From assembly GCA_051313645.2 (NCBI GenBank), contig JBNRSN020000010.1:47740001-47804000 (forward strand): a stretch of 64,000 bases of DNA, read 5' to 3'. The DNA is from Centroscyllium fabricii (Eukaryota). Positions within the stretch are counted from its first letter, which is position 1. Each line of letters starts with the position of its first letter. The translations under genes were made by a program, and so were the position numbers. Below, piece after piece: positions 1-11,800 of the stretch. Below the pieces are notes generated by a model. The model was given only the letters and a program-made list of their open reading frames with translations, made no database searches and had not been told where the DNA came from.

Positions 1-149
1 AAAATGTCCGGTCATGGCAGGTAGATACCCGTAAGATCGCACCACCACCCACCCCGCCAAACCGGAAATAAATCTCACACATTTAGCACTCACATTACCC
101 TTCAGAAACTGCCACAAACCAAACCTTTTAATGTCCTACAAAAGCAGAT

Positions 150-340
150 GCTGAAAATCGGAAATAAAAACAGTAAATGCTGGAAATACTCAGCAGGTCA
201 GGCAGCATCTGTGGAGAGAGAAAGAGAGTCAATGTTTCAGGTTGATGATGAAAGGTCTTTGACCTGAAACGTTAACTCTGTTTCTCTCTCCACAGATGCT
301 GCCTGGCCTGCTGAGTTTTTTCAGCATTTCCCCTTTTTAT
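150..340. repeat. Palindromic (fold-back) Penelope-related short element with degenerate hammerhead core
   Basis: aaatgctggaaatactcagcaggtcaggcagcatctgtggagagagaaa is inverted as tttctctctccacagatgctgcctggcctgctgag...cagcattt; centre tgatga-aaggtc-ttt-gacct-gaaacgtt; related sequence at 23930-24062 adjoins a GIY-YIG fragment. Confidence 0.65.
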
Positions 341-786
341 GTTCTTCAGCTTTTAGTTTCTTCCCCTTTAGTATGACTGATGGGAATGGTGAGTATGCCT
401 GCAGCTGAAGCCACAACAAGCCCGGGACTCACAGCTGTTTTTTAGTTGCCAGCTATTTGCTTGGAGCTGTTAGTCAGCTTTTATTAGTTTTCTAGATCGG
501 TATGTCGGGCCCCCTATTGTTGACACTATTTCTAACATATCTATGGAGGAGACTAGTTCTTGTAATATAAGATTTGCTGATAAATCAAAGCTGTGTGACC
601 AGGTTATGAGCACGTTAACGAGGAATGGAAATCACTCCTTAATTCAATTTGCTCATACAACAAAGTACAAAAAGTGGTTCTTGATAATTATGCAATAAAA
701 AAAAAAATCTAGGTTGAATAACTAAATATTATACATTTGGTACTTTCACAAGTAATATCCTACTTGCTCACTTTTCACTCTTTCTA

Positions 787-1312
787 AGCACAAGTCAGGA
801 GTGTGATGGAATTCTCTCCACTTGCCTGGCTGAGTGCAGCTCCAACAATACTCAAGAAGCTTGACACCATCCAGAACAATGTCGCCCACTTGATTGGCAG
901 CCCATCTACCACCTTAAACATTCACTCCCTCCACCACTGGCGTACCGTGGCTGCAGCGTGAACCATCTACAGGATACAATGCAGCAACTCACCAAGGCTT
1001 CTTCGACAGCACCTCCCCGAACCATGACCTCTACTACCTAGAACAAGGGCAGTAGGTGCATGGGAACACCACCAACTCCAAGTTCCCCTCCAAGTCACCC
1101 ACCATCCTGACTTGGAAATATATCGCCGATCCTTCATCATCGCTGGGTCAAAATCCTGGAACTCCCTCCTAACAGCACTGTGGGAGCACCTTCACCACAC
1201 GGACTGCAGCTGTTCAAGAAGGCGGCTCACCATCACCTTCTCAAGGGCAATTAGGGATGGGCAATAAATGCTGGCCTTGCCAGCGACGCCCACATCCCAT
1301 GAATGAATACAA
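787..1312 (+). mobile_element. 3' end of a CR1/L2-group LINE (RT C-terminus and 3' UTR)
   Basis: Near-identical family copies at 25180-25705 and 41200-42345; AQVRSVMEYSPLAW-type RT C-terminal peptide; tail atgaatgaat. Confidence 0.75.
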
Positions 1313-1754
1313 TAAATGCCATTTGTTAAGAAGTATAGAAGTAGGCTTATAAAATTCTTCTGGATTGCATCTACCTGATAACCCAGACTGGACGGCTGAA
1401 GCTAAATATTCACTAACTAGACATAGATTCGTTTTGTCTTTGCCTTTGTTCGTGTTAATTTAGCAACTGTATGATTGGGTTGTTGATCGGGTTTTCCCAT
1501 TAACAGACTGGAAAGCAACTGCAAGATCTTGTCATCAAGAAAGATAAAAAATGTGCTGCATGCATGAGAGAACTTTATAATTGCTCTTTTTCCATATAAT
1601 AACCCGGTAAATTGCAGTGAAAGACAGATGTGGGCAATTATGTAGTACCATGACAGTTAAATCGCTGGAAAAAGCAAATGGAGGAAAAGCATTTACAGGT
1701 TATGCATGACGTGAAAAGAAAAAGAACTGTAAATGCTGGAAATAAAAACACAAT

Positions 1755-2560
1755 ATTATGTTACAGTTATATAAAGCTCTGGTTAGACCCCATTAAGAGT
1801 AGAGTTCAGTTCTGGGCCCTGCACCTCAGAAAGGACCCTTTAGCCTTGGACCGTGTGCAGCACAGTCATCAGAATGACACGGGGGCTAAAAGGGTTAAAT
1901 TAAGAGGACAGGTTACACAGGCTAGGGTTGTATTCCTTTGAGAATAGAAGATTAAGGGGTGATATAATTGCCGTGTTTAAGATGATACAGTTGATCGAGA
2001 GAAGCTATTTCCTCTGTGGGGGGAGCCCAGAACAAGTGGGCATAAATTTAAATTAGAGCTGGGCCATTCAGGGTGATGTCAGTGACGTATCGTCAATCAA
2101 ACACGAAAGACGAGTAGTTACCCAAACTACAGGCTTTTATTCACTTACAATGGAGCTAGTCTCCTGTCGAGTTCAAGGCGAGAATGAGCGGGGGCAGGGC
2201 AGCCCTCACCTATATGCTCCCACCTGAGGGGAGGAGTTAGAGGTGTGGCTGACCTGGCCTTGCGTACAATGTACAATGTACAAAGGTGAGCACATCCATA
2301 TATACACTGGTAATACGGTTACTATATACACTGGTAATACGTTACCACAGTCAGGAAGCGCTTTTTCACACAAAGTTAGTGGAAATCTGGAACTCTCTCC
2401 CCCAAAGCCTGTTGAGGCTGGGGGTCAGTTGGAAATGTCAAAATTGAGATTGATAGACTTTTGTTAGGCAAGAGTATTAAGGGATTTGGAACCAAGGAGA
2501 GTCGATTAAGATACAGATCAGCCGTGACCTGCGCTTGAGGGGCTGAATGGCTTACTCATC
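1755..2560 (+). mobile_element. Degenerate CR1 LINE 3' fragment, interrupted by a solo LTR
   Basis: Degenerate LYKALVRPHL..VQFW.P.LRKD-type coding remnants and CR1-like 3' end (gagggg-ctgaatggc-ctact). Confidence 0.7.
2083..2349 (-). mobile_element. Solo Gypsy LTR
   Basis: TG...CA termini, 5-bp TSD gtcag (2078-2082/2350-2354), similar to LTRs of elements A and C and to 38505-40346; AATAAAA on the minus strand. Confidence 0.9.
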
Positions 2561-2589
2561 ACCAAATCACACCTGGGTCTGACCCCCTA

Positions 2590-4370
2590 CTCCTCTGGCA
2601 CCTTCTCCTCCTTTGAACATCTCACCTTGTTTCCAACCCCTCTCACCTCTGCTTTAACATTCTCTCTCTACCGCCCATCCAAGTACCACAACAAGTTTCT
2701 CACCGAGATATCTCCACCGCTTTCCTTCCTCAGCCTCTGCACTGAGCGACTTCTCATCCTTAGTGATTTCAAACTCCAATTCATCATGCTCACTCTCCTG
2801 AGTTCACTGCCCTCCTACCCTCCCTTAATCTCTCCCTCTATATAAACTCGGCACGGTGGCATAGTGGTTAGCACTGTTGCCTCACAGCTCTGGAGACCCG
2901 GGTTCAAATCCAGCCTCGGGTACTACCTGTGTGGAGTTTGCACATTCTCCCCGTGTCTGCGTGGGTTTCCTCCGGGTGCTCCGGTTTCCTCCCACAGTCC
3001 AAAGATGTGCGGGTTAGGTTGATTGGCCATGATAAATTGACCCTTAGTGTTAGGGGGATTGAATATGTGGGGTTACGGGGATAGGGTGGGATATGTGTCG
3101 GTGCAGGCTCGATAGGGATAGAGCGATATGGGGACAAGGCAGGGCCAGGGTGCTGGGTTTGGATGATCAGCCATGATCTCATTGAATGGCGGAGCAGGCT
3201 CGAAGGGCCGAATGACCTACTCCTATCTTCTATGTCTATGTCTATGTCCCCTATCAATATTCATGCCCACTGCATCAACCATGCCATCTCATGTGGCCTT
3301 ACTACTCCCATCGTGTCAATCACAGACAAGGCCATTTCCACTCACTCCTCCCAGCTCTACATCCTTCTGTGTCTACCCCTGGAAAATACTCTCCACGAAG
3401 TCACTTACAGCCCACTTTCAAATGACCAATTATCTAGCCTTTAGTCCTCCATTCGCCACAACATTTCCGCAGCAACCGATCTGCTCAACCACACCCTCAC
3501 CTCCACCTTTGATGCCCTTTTCCCTATTAAAACCATTACTCACTCTCATCCTTGTACAGCCCTCATCTTCACTTCATTAAGTCTGAGGGAGTCAGACTTG
3601 AATGTTTATGGCACAGTAATTTAGCAATTCATTGCCAGATCAGGCTGGACCATATAAAGCATTATCGAGTCCTGCTCTCCTCGGCCAAAACAGCTCAGTA
3701 CTCCAGGATCATCCCTGGCTTCTCTTCTCCACTACAAACTGCATCCAGAAAAACCCCTCCCCGTGCCCCCTCCACCCTCACCTCCAACAACAAGCGCAAG
3801 GAGCTCATGGACTTCTTTGTCATTAAGATTGAGAAATTTTCTTTTGGTCTGTTCATCTGCACGAAACATGGGGCCTGGTTAAAAGTCTCTTGACACTTTC
3901 CCTCATGTTCATCCACTACAGAACACAACAACAACTTGCATTTATATATATTTATGGAATCTGTGGCGAGGGTATGACGTTTGTGGCGGGGGCCGAAGAC
4001 CATGGCTTCAATACTCCCAACAGTTAACATGAAGAAATGGTGGCTCATCCAAGACTGGATGTTGGACGTGCAGTCTAACAGCACAGAGGCAGTGGAGGGG
4101 CCGAAGAGGTGGCGGCGAGGTAGAGCTGGGTGTCATCAGCGTGCATGTAGAGGCTAACTTCATATCTTCAGATGATGTCGCCAAAGGGCAGCATGCAGCT
4201 GAGAAAAAGGAGGAGGCCAAGGATAGATCTTTTGGGGACACCAGAGGTAACAGTGCATGGGCAGGAAAATAGACTCTGGCTACGATTGGATAGGTAGGTG
4301 TTTAACCAAATGAGAACAATGCTAGCTGCTGCAGATAAGTGTTGCTTGAATGGAGGTAAACTGTAAGGTA
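2590..4370. mobile_element. Degenerate L2-type LINE fragments in both orientations
   Basis: Remnants such as YRPSK/LLILSDF (endonuclease-like, +) and VTSGVP..SILG.LLF (RT-like, -); resemble 56290-58170. Confidence 0.55.
2849..3248 (+). mobile_element. tRNA-derived V-SINE (HE1-like) with CR1-derived tail
   Basis: Box A tggcatagtgg, box B gggttcaaatcc, V-domain gtttgcacattctccccgtgtctgcgtgggtttcctccggg, tail (tctatg)n. Confidence 0.9.
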
Positions 4371-4409
4371 GTCTTCTGGAATGAAACTCAACTCTCAACT
4401 TGATTAAAA

Positions 4410-4720
4410 GGCCATGGTGGCATAGTGGTTAGCACTGTTGCCTCACAGCGCCAGGGGCCCGGGTTTAAATCCGGCCTCGGGAGACTATCTGTGTGGAGTT
4501 TGCACATTCTCCCCATGTCTGCGTGGGTTTCCTCCGGGTGCTCCGGTTTCCTCCCACAGTCCAAAGATGTGCAGGTTAGGTTGATTGGCCAGGATAAATT
4601 GACCCTTAGTGTTAGGGGGATTGAGTATGTAGGGTTACGGGGATAGGGTGGGATATGTGTCGGTGCAGGCTCGAAGGGCCGAAATGGCCTCTATCTGCAC
4701 TGTAGGGATTCTATGATTCT
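4410..4720 (+). mobile_element. V-SINE (HE1-like)
   Basis: Same head and V-domain as 2849-3248; tail attctatgattcta. Confidence 0.88.
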
Positions 4721-5509
4721 ACCATGGTGCAGTACATTAAAACAATCTTACATTCTGCATTTCTGACTGCATTAGTACTGCACAGCACAGTGCTCATTAC
4801 ATTGTTCTTCATACTGTTGAAGAGAAACTTCACCCCAATATATAAACAAAAATAAAAAGCTTCTGAGTGCCAATCCAGTGACGCCACAAACCTATTAACC
4901 TATTATTAATAGTAACGGTCATTTCTGCTAACTATTATCAACAGTTTCAGCTGCATCTTTGATTGCTCCAAACTTAAAGCAAGAACATTGAACTTTCAAG
5001 TACATGCACTAACAATAAAGGGCAAATTGGTTAATCATGCATGCTGAGTTAATGGCATGGCATAAAATAAGACCTCAAAGGTAGTAATCTCAGGATTGCT
5101 ACTAGTGCCACAAGCTAGTCAGAGTAGAAACAGAAGGATATTTCAGATAAATACGTGGCTAGAGGAACAATGCAAGGGGGAGGGATTCACATTTCTGGGA
5201 CACTGGAACCGGTTCTGGGGGAGGTGGGACCAGTACAAACTGGATGGTTTGCACCTGGGCAGGACCGGGACCGATGTCCTGGGGGGACTGTTTACTAATG
5301 CTCTGGGGGAGGGTTTAAACTAAAATGGCAGGGTTTTGGGAACCTGAGCAGGGAGACAGAGGAAAGGGAAACGAGGATAGAAGCAAAAGGCAGGAAGGAG
5401 AAAAGCAAAAGTGGAAGGCAGAGAAATCAAGAGTGTAAATCAAACAAGGCCACAGTAAATAATAATTCTAAAAGGACTAAGAGTGTTAAAAAAAACAAGC
5501 CTGTAGGCT

Positions 5510-6115
5510 TTGTGTCTTAATGCGAGGAGCATTCGTAATAAGGTGGATGAATTAGCTGCACAAATAGATGTAAATGGATATGATATAATTGGGTTTATGA
5601 AGACATGGCTCCAGGGTGACCAAGGCTGGGAATTCAACATCCAGGGGTATTCAATATTCAGGAAGGACAGCCAAAAAGGAAAAGGAGGTGGGGTAGCATC
5701 GCTGGTTAAAGAGATTAACACAATAGTAAGGAGGGATATTAGCTCTGATGATGTGGAATCTATATGGGTACAGCTGAGAAATAACAAGGGGCAAAAAACG
5801 TTACTGGGAGTTGTATACAGACCCCCAAACAGTAATGCTGAGGTTGGGGATGGCATTAAACAGGAAATTAGAGATGCATGCAATAAGGGCACAGCAGTTA
5901 TCATGGGTGACTTTAATCTACATATAGATTGGGCTAACCAAATTAGTAACAATACTGTGGAGGAGGAATTCCTAGAGTGTATACGGGATGGTTTCTTGGA
6001 CCAATATGTCGAGGAACCAACTAGAGATCAGGCCATCTTAGACTGGGTATTATGTAAGGGGAAAGGATTGATTAGCAATCTTGTTGTACGAGGCCCCTTG
6101 GGGAGGAGCAATCAT
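5510..6115 (+). pseudogene. CR1 ORF2 apurinic-endonuclease domain
   Basis: MCLNARSIRNK...GVVYRPP...MGDFN...PTR..AILD motifs. Confidence 0.88.
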
Positions 6116-6116
6116 G

Positions 6117-7240
6117 ATGGTCCAGAAATTCAGGTCCCAATGCACCTGGTACTCCCGCAGTTAGCGATCGGAAATGCCGGTTTTCCGCATGCACTGAGCA
6201 TGCGCAGGAAAACGGCATTTCCAAGACTCGGCCAGAAGAGGCCAGAGTCCCGATCGCATGAATGGGAAATCAAGTCCTTGCGCACTGTACTTCCGAGGAC
6301 CGGCTGATCGCAGCAGTGCTTGAAAGAGTGTGGGCAAGTGCATTTGCATTTGCACACAGAAAAAGGAGTAAAGCCTCCGTAACTGGATTCGGAGGAAAGG
6401 GTAAGTGAGTTTTTCCTTTACAAATTAACTTTCCATGGTTATAATTCTGTTTTTTACACAAAGATAATTAGGTAGTTAGACTGGTACATCGAGGAGATTT
6501 GTATTTGAATGGGGGAGGTCCATATAAGTTATAAAGTGCCTGTTAATATGGTTTCCCCACCATTTGTACCCTGGGTCATCCGATTCCTCGGCTGAGAGAT
6601 AGAGACAGGATGGAACTCCTTGGCACTTTGATACAGCTTCTTCCAGAGAAAGTTGTGGAATGAGCGAGGGATCCGGCCCTTGTACACAGATCGTGAGAAA
6701 CTGCGCGCTCTCTGTTAGTAAACAGAAAGGTGTTTGATGGTGAGTCGTGTCTTATCTGATCATCCAGGGATAAGTTCAACAAAGTGGGCTTCTTATTTGC
6801 TCTCAGTCGGCAGTGTGAGCAAACAGCGGGGTAAGGGTATGTGACATCTCATCACACCACATTAAAGCCAGAATGCCTTCTAAATATTTACTGTACAACG
6901 CTCCTTTTGTTCCAAAGCTCTCCCTCTATTCTGGCCAGAGATAAGGTCCACACTGCGATCTTATTTACTCCAAATAAAGTAACATGAAGGGGGGAAATGG
7001 CCTTTAACCCTAGGGTTAGCCCAACGCACCTACAATGTATATGAAAAGAGCCGAAATACAATTAAAACACTTACCTTTTGGTCCAAATGCTGCGCATTGG
7101 TGATGCGGGCTTCTGGTGTCTGTTGCAGATGGGGGGGGCGTGTTAATGTAAAAGCATCCTTTGTAGGCGGGGCCTAGCACTTGCACCGCGCACGAAGGTT
7201 CGCACACGCTGCACGCCTGGGCAGCGTGACGTCAGACGCA
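6117..7240. mobile_element. Probable non-autonomous Harbinger-type element, one end lost
   Basis: Starts ggtccagaaattcaggtccc, resembling the TIR and subterminus of 44483-45223; interrupts the CR1 ORF. Confidence 0.5.
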
Positions 7241-7633
7241 GCGGCACGGTGGCATAGTGGTTAGCACTGTTGCCTTACAGCACTAGAGACCCGGGTTCAA
7301 ATCCAGCCTCGTGTACTATCTGTGTGGAGTTTGCACATTCTCCCCGTGTCTGCGTGGGTTTCCTCTGGGTGCTCCGGTTTCCTCCCACAGTCCAAAGATG
7401 TGCGGGTTAGGTTGTTTGGCCATGATAAATTGACCCTTAATGTCAAGGGGATTGAATATGTGGGGTTACGGGGATAGGGTGGGATATGTGTCAGCGCAGG
7501 TTCGATAGGGATGTGGGGACAAGGCAGGGCCAGGGTGCTGGTTTTGGATGATCAGCCATGATCTCATTGAATGGCGGAGCAGGCTCGAAGGGCCGAATGG
7601 CCTACTCCTGCTCCTATCTTCTATGTTTCTATG
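7241..7633 (+). mobile_element. V-SINE (HE1-like)
   Basis: Full head, V-domain and ctatgtttctatg tail. Confidence 0.9.
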
Positions 7634-8058
7634 TAGGTCCCTTACAGTCAGAATCAGGGGAATTTATAATGTGGAACAAAGAAATGGCTGACCTATTAAA
7701 TACATACTTTGGTTCTGTCTTCACAAAGGAGGACACAAATAACCTCCCAGAGATGTCGGGGAACATAGGGTCTGATGAGAGGGAGAAACTGAATGAAATC
7801 AGTATTTGTAGGGAAATGGTGTTAGTGAAATTGATGGGATTGAAGGCCGATAAATCCCCAGGGCCTGATAATCTACATCCTAGGGTGCTTAAGGAAGTGG
7901 CCCTAGAAATAGTAGATGCATTGCTGGTCATCTTCCAAAATTCTATAGACTCTGGCACAGTTCCCATGGATTGAAGTGTAGCTAATGTAACCCCACTATT
8001 CAAAAAAGGTGGTAGAGAGAAAACGGGGAATTACAGACCGGTAAGCCTGACATCAGTA

Positions 8059-8715
8059 GTGGGGAAAATGCTAGAGTCCATTGTAAAAGATGTAATAGCA
8101 CAGAACTTGGAAAACAGTGACAGGATCAGACAAAGTCAACATAGATTTACAAAAGTTAAATCATGCTTGACTAATCTACTGGATTTTTTTGAGGATGTAA
8201 CTGGTAGAATAGATAAGGGAGAAGCAGTGGATGTGGTGCATTTGGACTTTCAGAAGGCTTTTGATAAGGTCCCGCATAAGAGATTAGCATCTAAAGTTGA
8301 AGCACATGGGATTAAGGGTAAGGTACTGACTTGGATAGAGAACTGGTTGGCAGATAGGAAGCAAAGAGTTGGAATAAATGGGTCTTTTTCCGAGTGGCAG
8401 GTAGTGACTAGTGGGGTATCGCAGGGATCAGTGATAGGATCCCAGCTATTCACAATATATATTAATGATCTAGACGAGGGAACTAGAAGTAATATCTCCA
8501 GATTTGCAGATGACACAAAGCTGGGTGGGCGTGTGTGCTGTGAGGAGAATGCCAAGAAACTCCAGTATGATTTGGACACGTTGGGCGATTGGGCAGCTGC
8601 ATGGCAGATGCAGTATAATGTGGATGAATGCAAGGTTATCCACTCTGGTGGCAAAAACAGGAAGGCAGATTATTATCTGAACAGCAATAGATTGGGAGAA
8701 GGGGAAGTGCAATGA
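8059..8715 (+). pseudogene. CR1 reverse transcriptase domain
   Basis: LDFQKAFDKV, GVSQGSVIG, FADDTKL motifs. Confidence 0.9.
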
Positions 8716-8802
8716 GACCTGGGTGTCCTTGTGCACCAATTGCTGAAGGTAAGCATGCAGGTGCAGCAGGCGGTTAAGAAGGCAAATGGTATGTTGGCCT
8801 TC

Positions 8803-11800
8803 TGACATATCGTCAATAGTCTAATAAAACTAAAGACGTGTAGTTACCTTAACTAAAGGCTTTTATTAGCTTACAAAGGAGCTACGCTCCAATCGAACAT
8901 CAGGTACAGAATGAATGGGGGCAGGTCAGACCCCACCTATAAGGCACTCACCTGAGGGGAGGAGTTAGAGGTGTGGCTGACCTGACCCCGCGACAGTGTC
9001 GCAATACAGAACAGTTGTATCATGCACCCGGCCGCTATACATACAGTGTAATATTGGTAACAATATTAAGGTGGTAATAAGAGTACATATAACGGTTACC
9101 ACATTCACCCCTTCTTTGAAAATTAAGTCTGGCGGGGTGAATAGACCGAGCAGTTCAGGATGAGTTTATCCGGTGGTCGCGTCTGTCTGGAGGACCGCCG
9201 GGTCTCTGTCAGCGGTTCTGGAACCTGCAGTGTCGGCACTGGTGTCGGTGGTGGCGGCGGCGCTGGTGCCGGTACCGTAGGTGCTGGCGGTGGCGGTGGG
9301 GCCGAGCCCTGCGGTTGCTGCTGTGCCTGCGGCTGGTCGTCTGCTTCCTGGTCCTCAGCTGGCAATGGCGGGGGCTGTGATGCGTATGGTAGTAGCGGCC
9401 AGCCTCCGGTGGGTTGAGGGCGAGGTACCGGCCAGTGGTCGAGATGTAGTGGCTGGAGGTGGCCGAAATGTAGTGGCTGGACGTGCTAGGGCCCAACCAA
9501 GGGTTCTGCTGTGGTGCTCCCGGCGGGCGCTAGGTCCCTGATGGAGACGGTGTCCTCGCGCCCGTCCGGGAACTGCACGTACGCGTACTGCGGGTTGGCG
9601 TGCAGTAGCTGCACCTTGTCTACCAGGGGGTCGGTCTTATGGCTTCGGACGTGCTTTCTAAGGAAGACCGGCCCCGGCATCGTGAGCCATGGTGGGAGGG
9701 CTGTCCCGGAAGTTGACTTCCTGGGGAAGGAAAAGAGTAAATCGTGAGGTGTGGCATTGGTGGCCGTACACAACAGAGAGCGGATCGAATGCAGCGCATC
9801 GGGGAGGACTGCCTGCCAACGGGACAATGGAAGGCCTCTGGACTTCAGAGCCAGGCTGACCGCCTTCCAGATGATCCCGTTCTCCCTTTCTACCTGGCCG
9901 TTCCCCCGGGGGTTGTAACTGGTCGTTCTGCTCGAGGCAACCCCTTTCTGGAGCAGAAACTGGCGCAGTTCGTCGCTCATGAACGACGACTCCCGGTCGC
10001 TATGGATGTAGCTGGGGAGACCGAAAATGGCGAACAGCGTGGTGAAGTGTTTGATCACCGATGCACTCGTCATATCTGGGCAGGGGAAGGCGAAGGGGAA
10101 GCGGGAGAACTCGTCTACTACCGTGAGGAAGTACGAGTTGCGGTCGGTGGAGGGGAGGGGGCCTTTGAAGTCCACGCTTAGACGTTCAAAGGGGCGGGTG
10201 GCCTTAATGAGGTGCGCCGTGTCTGGCCTGAATAATTGGGGTGTGCAAACAGGGCACTCTCGAGTCAAAGCCTTGATCTCCGTGATGGAGTAGGGGAGGC
10301 TACGGGATTTAACGAAGTGGGCAAGTCTGGTGACACCCGGGTGTCAGAGGCGATCGTGGAGGTCCTTCAGCCGGTCTAGCTGGGCACTGGTGCACGTTCC
10401 CCTGGACAGTGCGTCCGGGGGTTCATTGAGTTTGCCTGGTCGGTAAAGAATGTCATACTCGTAAGTCGAGAGCTCGATCCGCCACCGCAGGATCTTATCA
10501 TTCTTGATTTTACCCTTTTGGTTATTATTAAACATAAACGCGACCGACCGTTGGTCGGTGAGCAGGGTAAAACACTTACCGGCCAGGTAATGACGCCAGT
10601 AGCGCACGGCCTCCACGATGGCCTGGGCCTCCTTTTCCACTGCAGAGTGGCGAATTTCGGGTCCCTGTAGGGTGCGGGAGAAAAACGCTATGGGCCTGCC
10701 TGCCTGATTCAGGGTGGCGGCAAGGGCAAAGTCCGAAGCGTCACTCTCCACCTGGAAAGGGATGGACTCATCAACGGCGTGCATGGTCGCCTTGATGATA
10801 TCTTCCTTGATCAGGGCGAATGCCGTTTGGGCTTCTACCGAGAGGGGGAAGATGGCAGCCTTAAGGAGCGGTCTGGCCTTATCCGTGAACTGGGGAACCC
10901 ATTGCGCGTAATAGGAGAAAAATCCCAGACATCTCTTCAGGGCTTTGTGGTTGTGAGGAAGGGGCAGTTCCTGTAAGGGACGCATACGCTGTGGGTCGGG
11001 GCCGAGGACCCCGTTTTCCACCACGTATCTGAGGCTGGCGAGCCGATCTGTACTAAAGACGCACTTATCTTTATTGTATGTGAGATCAAGCCGTTTCGCC
11101 GTGTCGAGAAATCTGGCCAGGTTGGCATCGTGATCCTGCTGGTCATGGCCGCAGATGGTCACGTTGTCCAGGTAGGGGAAGGTGGCCTGCAACCCGTTCT
11201 GGTCAACCATGCGGTCCATCTCCCTCTGGAATACCAACACTCCGTTGGTCACGCCGAAGGGGACCCGGAGGAAGTGGTAGAGCCGACCGTTCGCCTTGAA
11301 GGCGGTGTACGGGCGATCGGCTTTCCGGATCGGGAGTTGGTGATACGCCGACTTAAGGTCGATTGTGGAGAACACCTTGTACTGGGCGATCTGGTTAACC
11401 ATTTCCGAGATGCGGGGGAGGGGGTAGGCGTCGAGCCCGGTGTAGCGGTTAATGGTCTGGCTGTAGTCGATCACCATCCGCTGTTTTTCGCCAGTCTTAA
11501 CCACTACGACCTGGGCCCGCCAGGGGCTGGTGCCGGCTTCAATTATCCCCTCCTTCAGCATACGCCCGACCTCCGACCTGATAAATGTCCAATCCCCCGC
11601 ACTGTAACGCCGACTCTTGGTAGCAATGGGCTTGCAGTTGGGGTCGAGGTTGGCGAACAGTGAGGGGGGTTCGACTTTCAGGGTGGAAAGGCCTCAAGTC
11701 GGGCTCCGCTTTAGGAAGGGATTGTCCCGGCTACTGACGGTGAGGCGGGGCAGGGTCCCGCTGAACTCTATTGTCACGCTCTTAAGGTGGCACTGGAAAT

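Noticed and set aside
2849-2925. tRNA genes
   Set aside because: The A/B boxes are SINE heads followed by V-domains and LINE tails.
2904-3580. Recurrent short ORFs such as MISHDLIEWRSRLEG and MISLNGGAGS
   Set aside because: Chance translations of SINE/CR1 tails repeated across the window.
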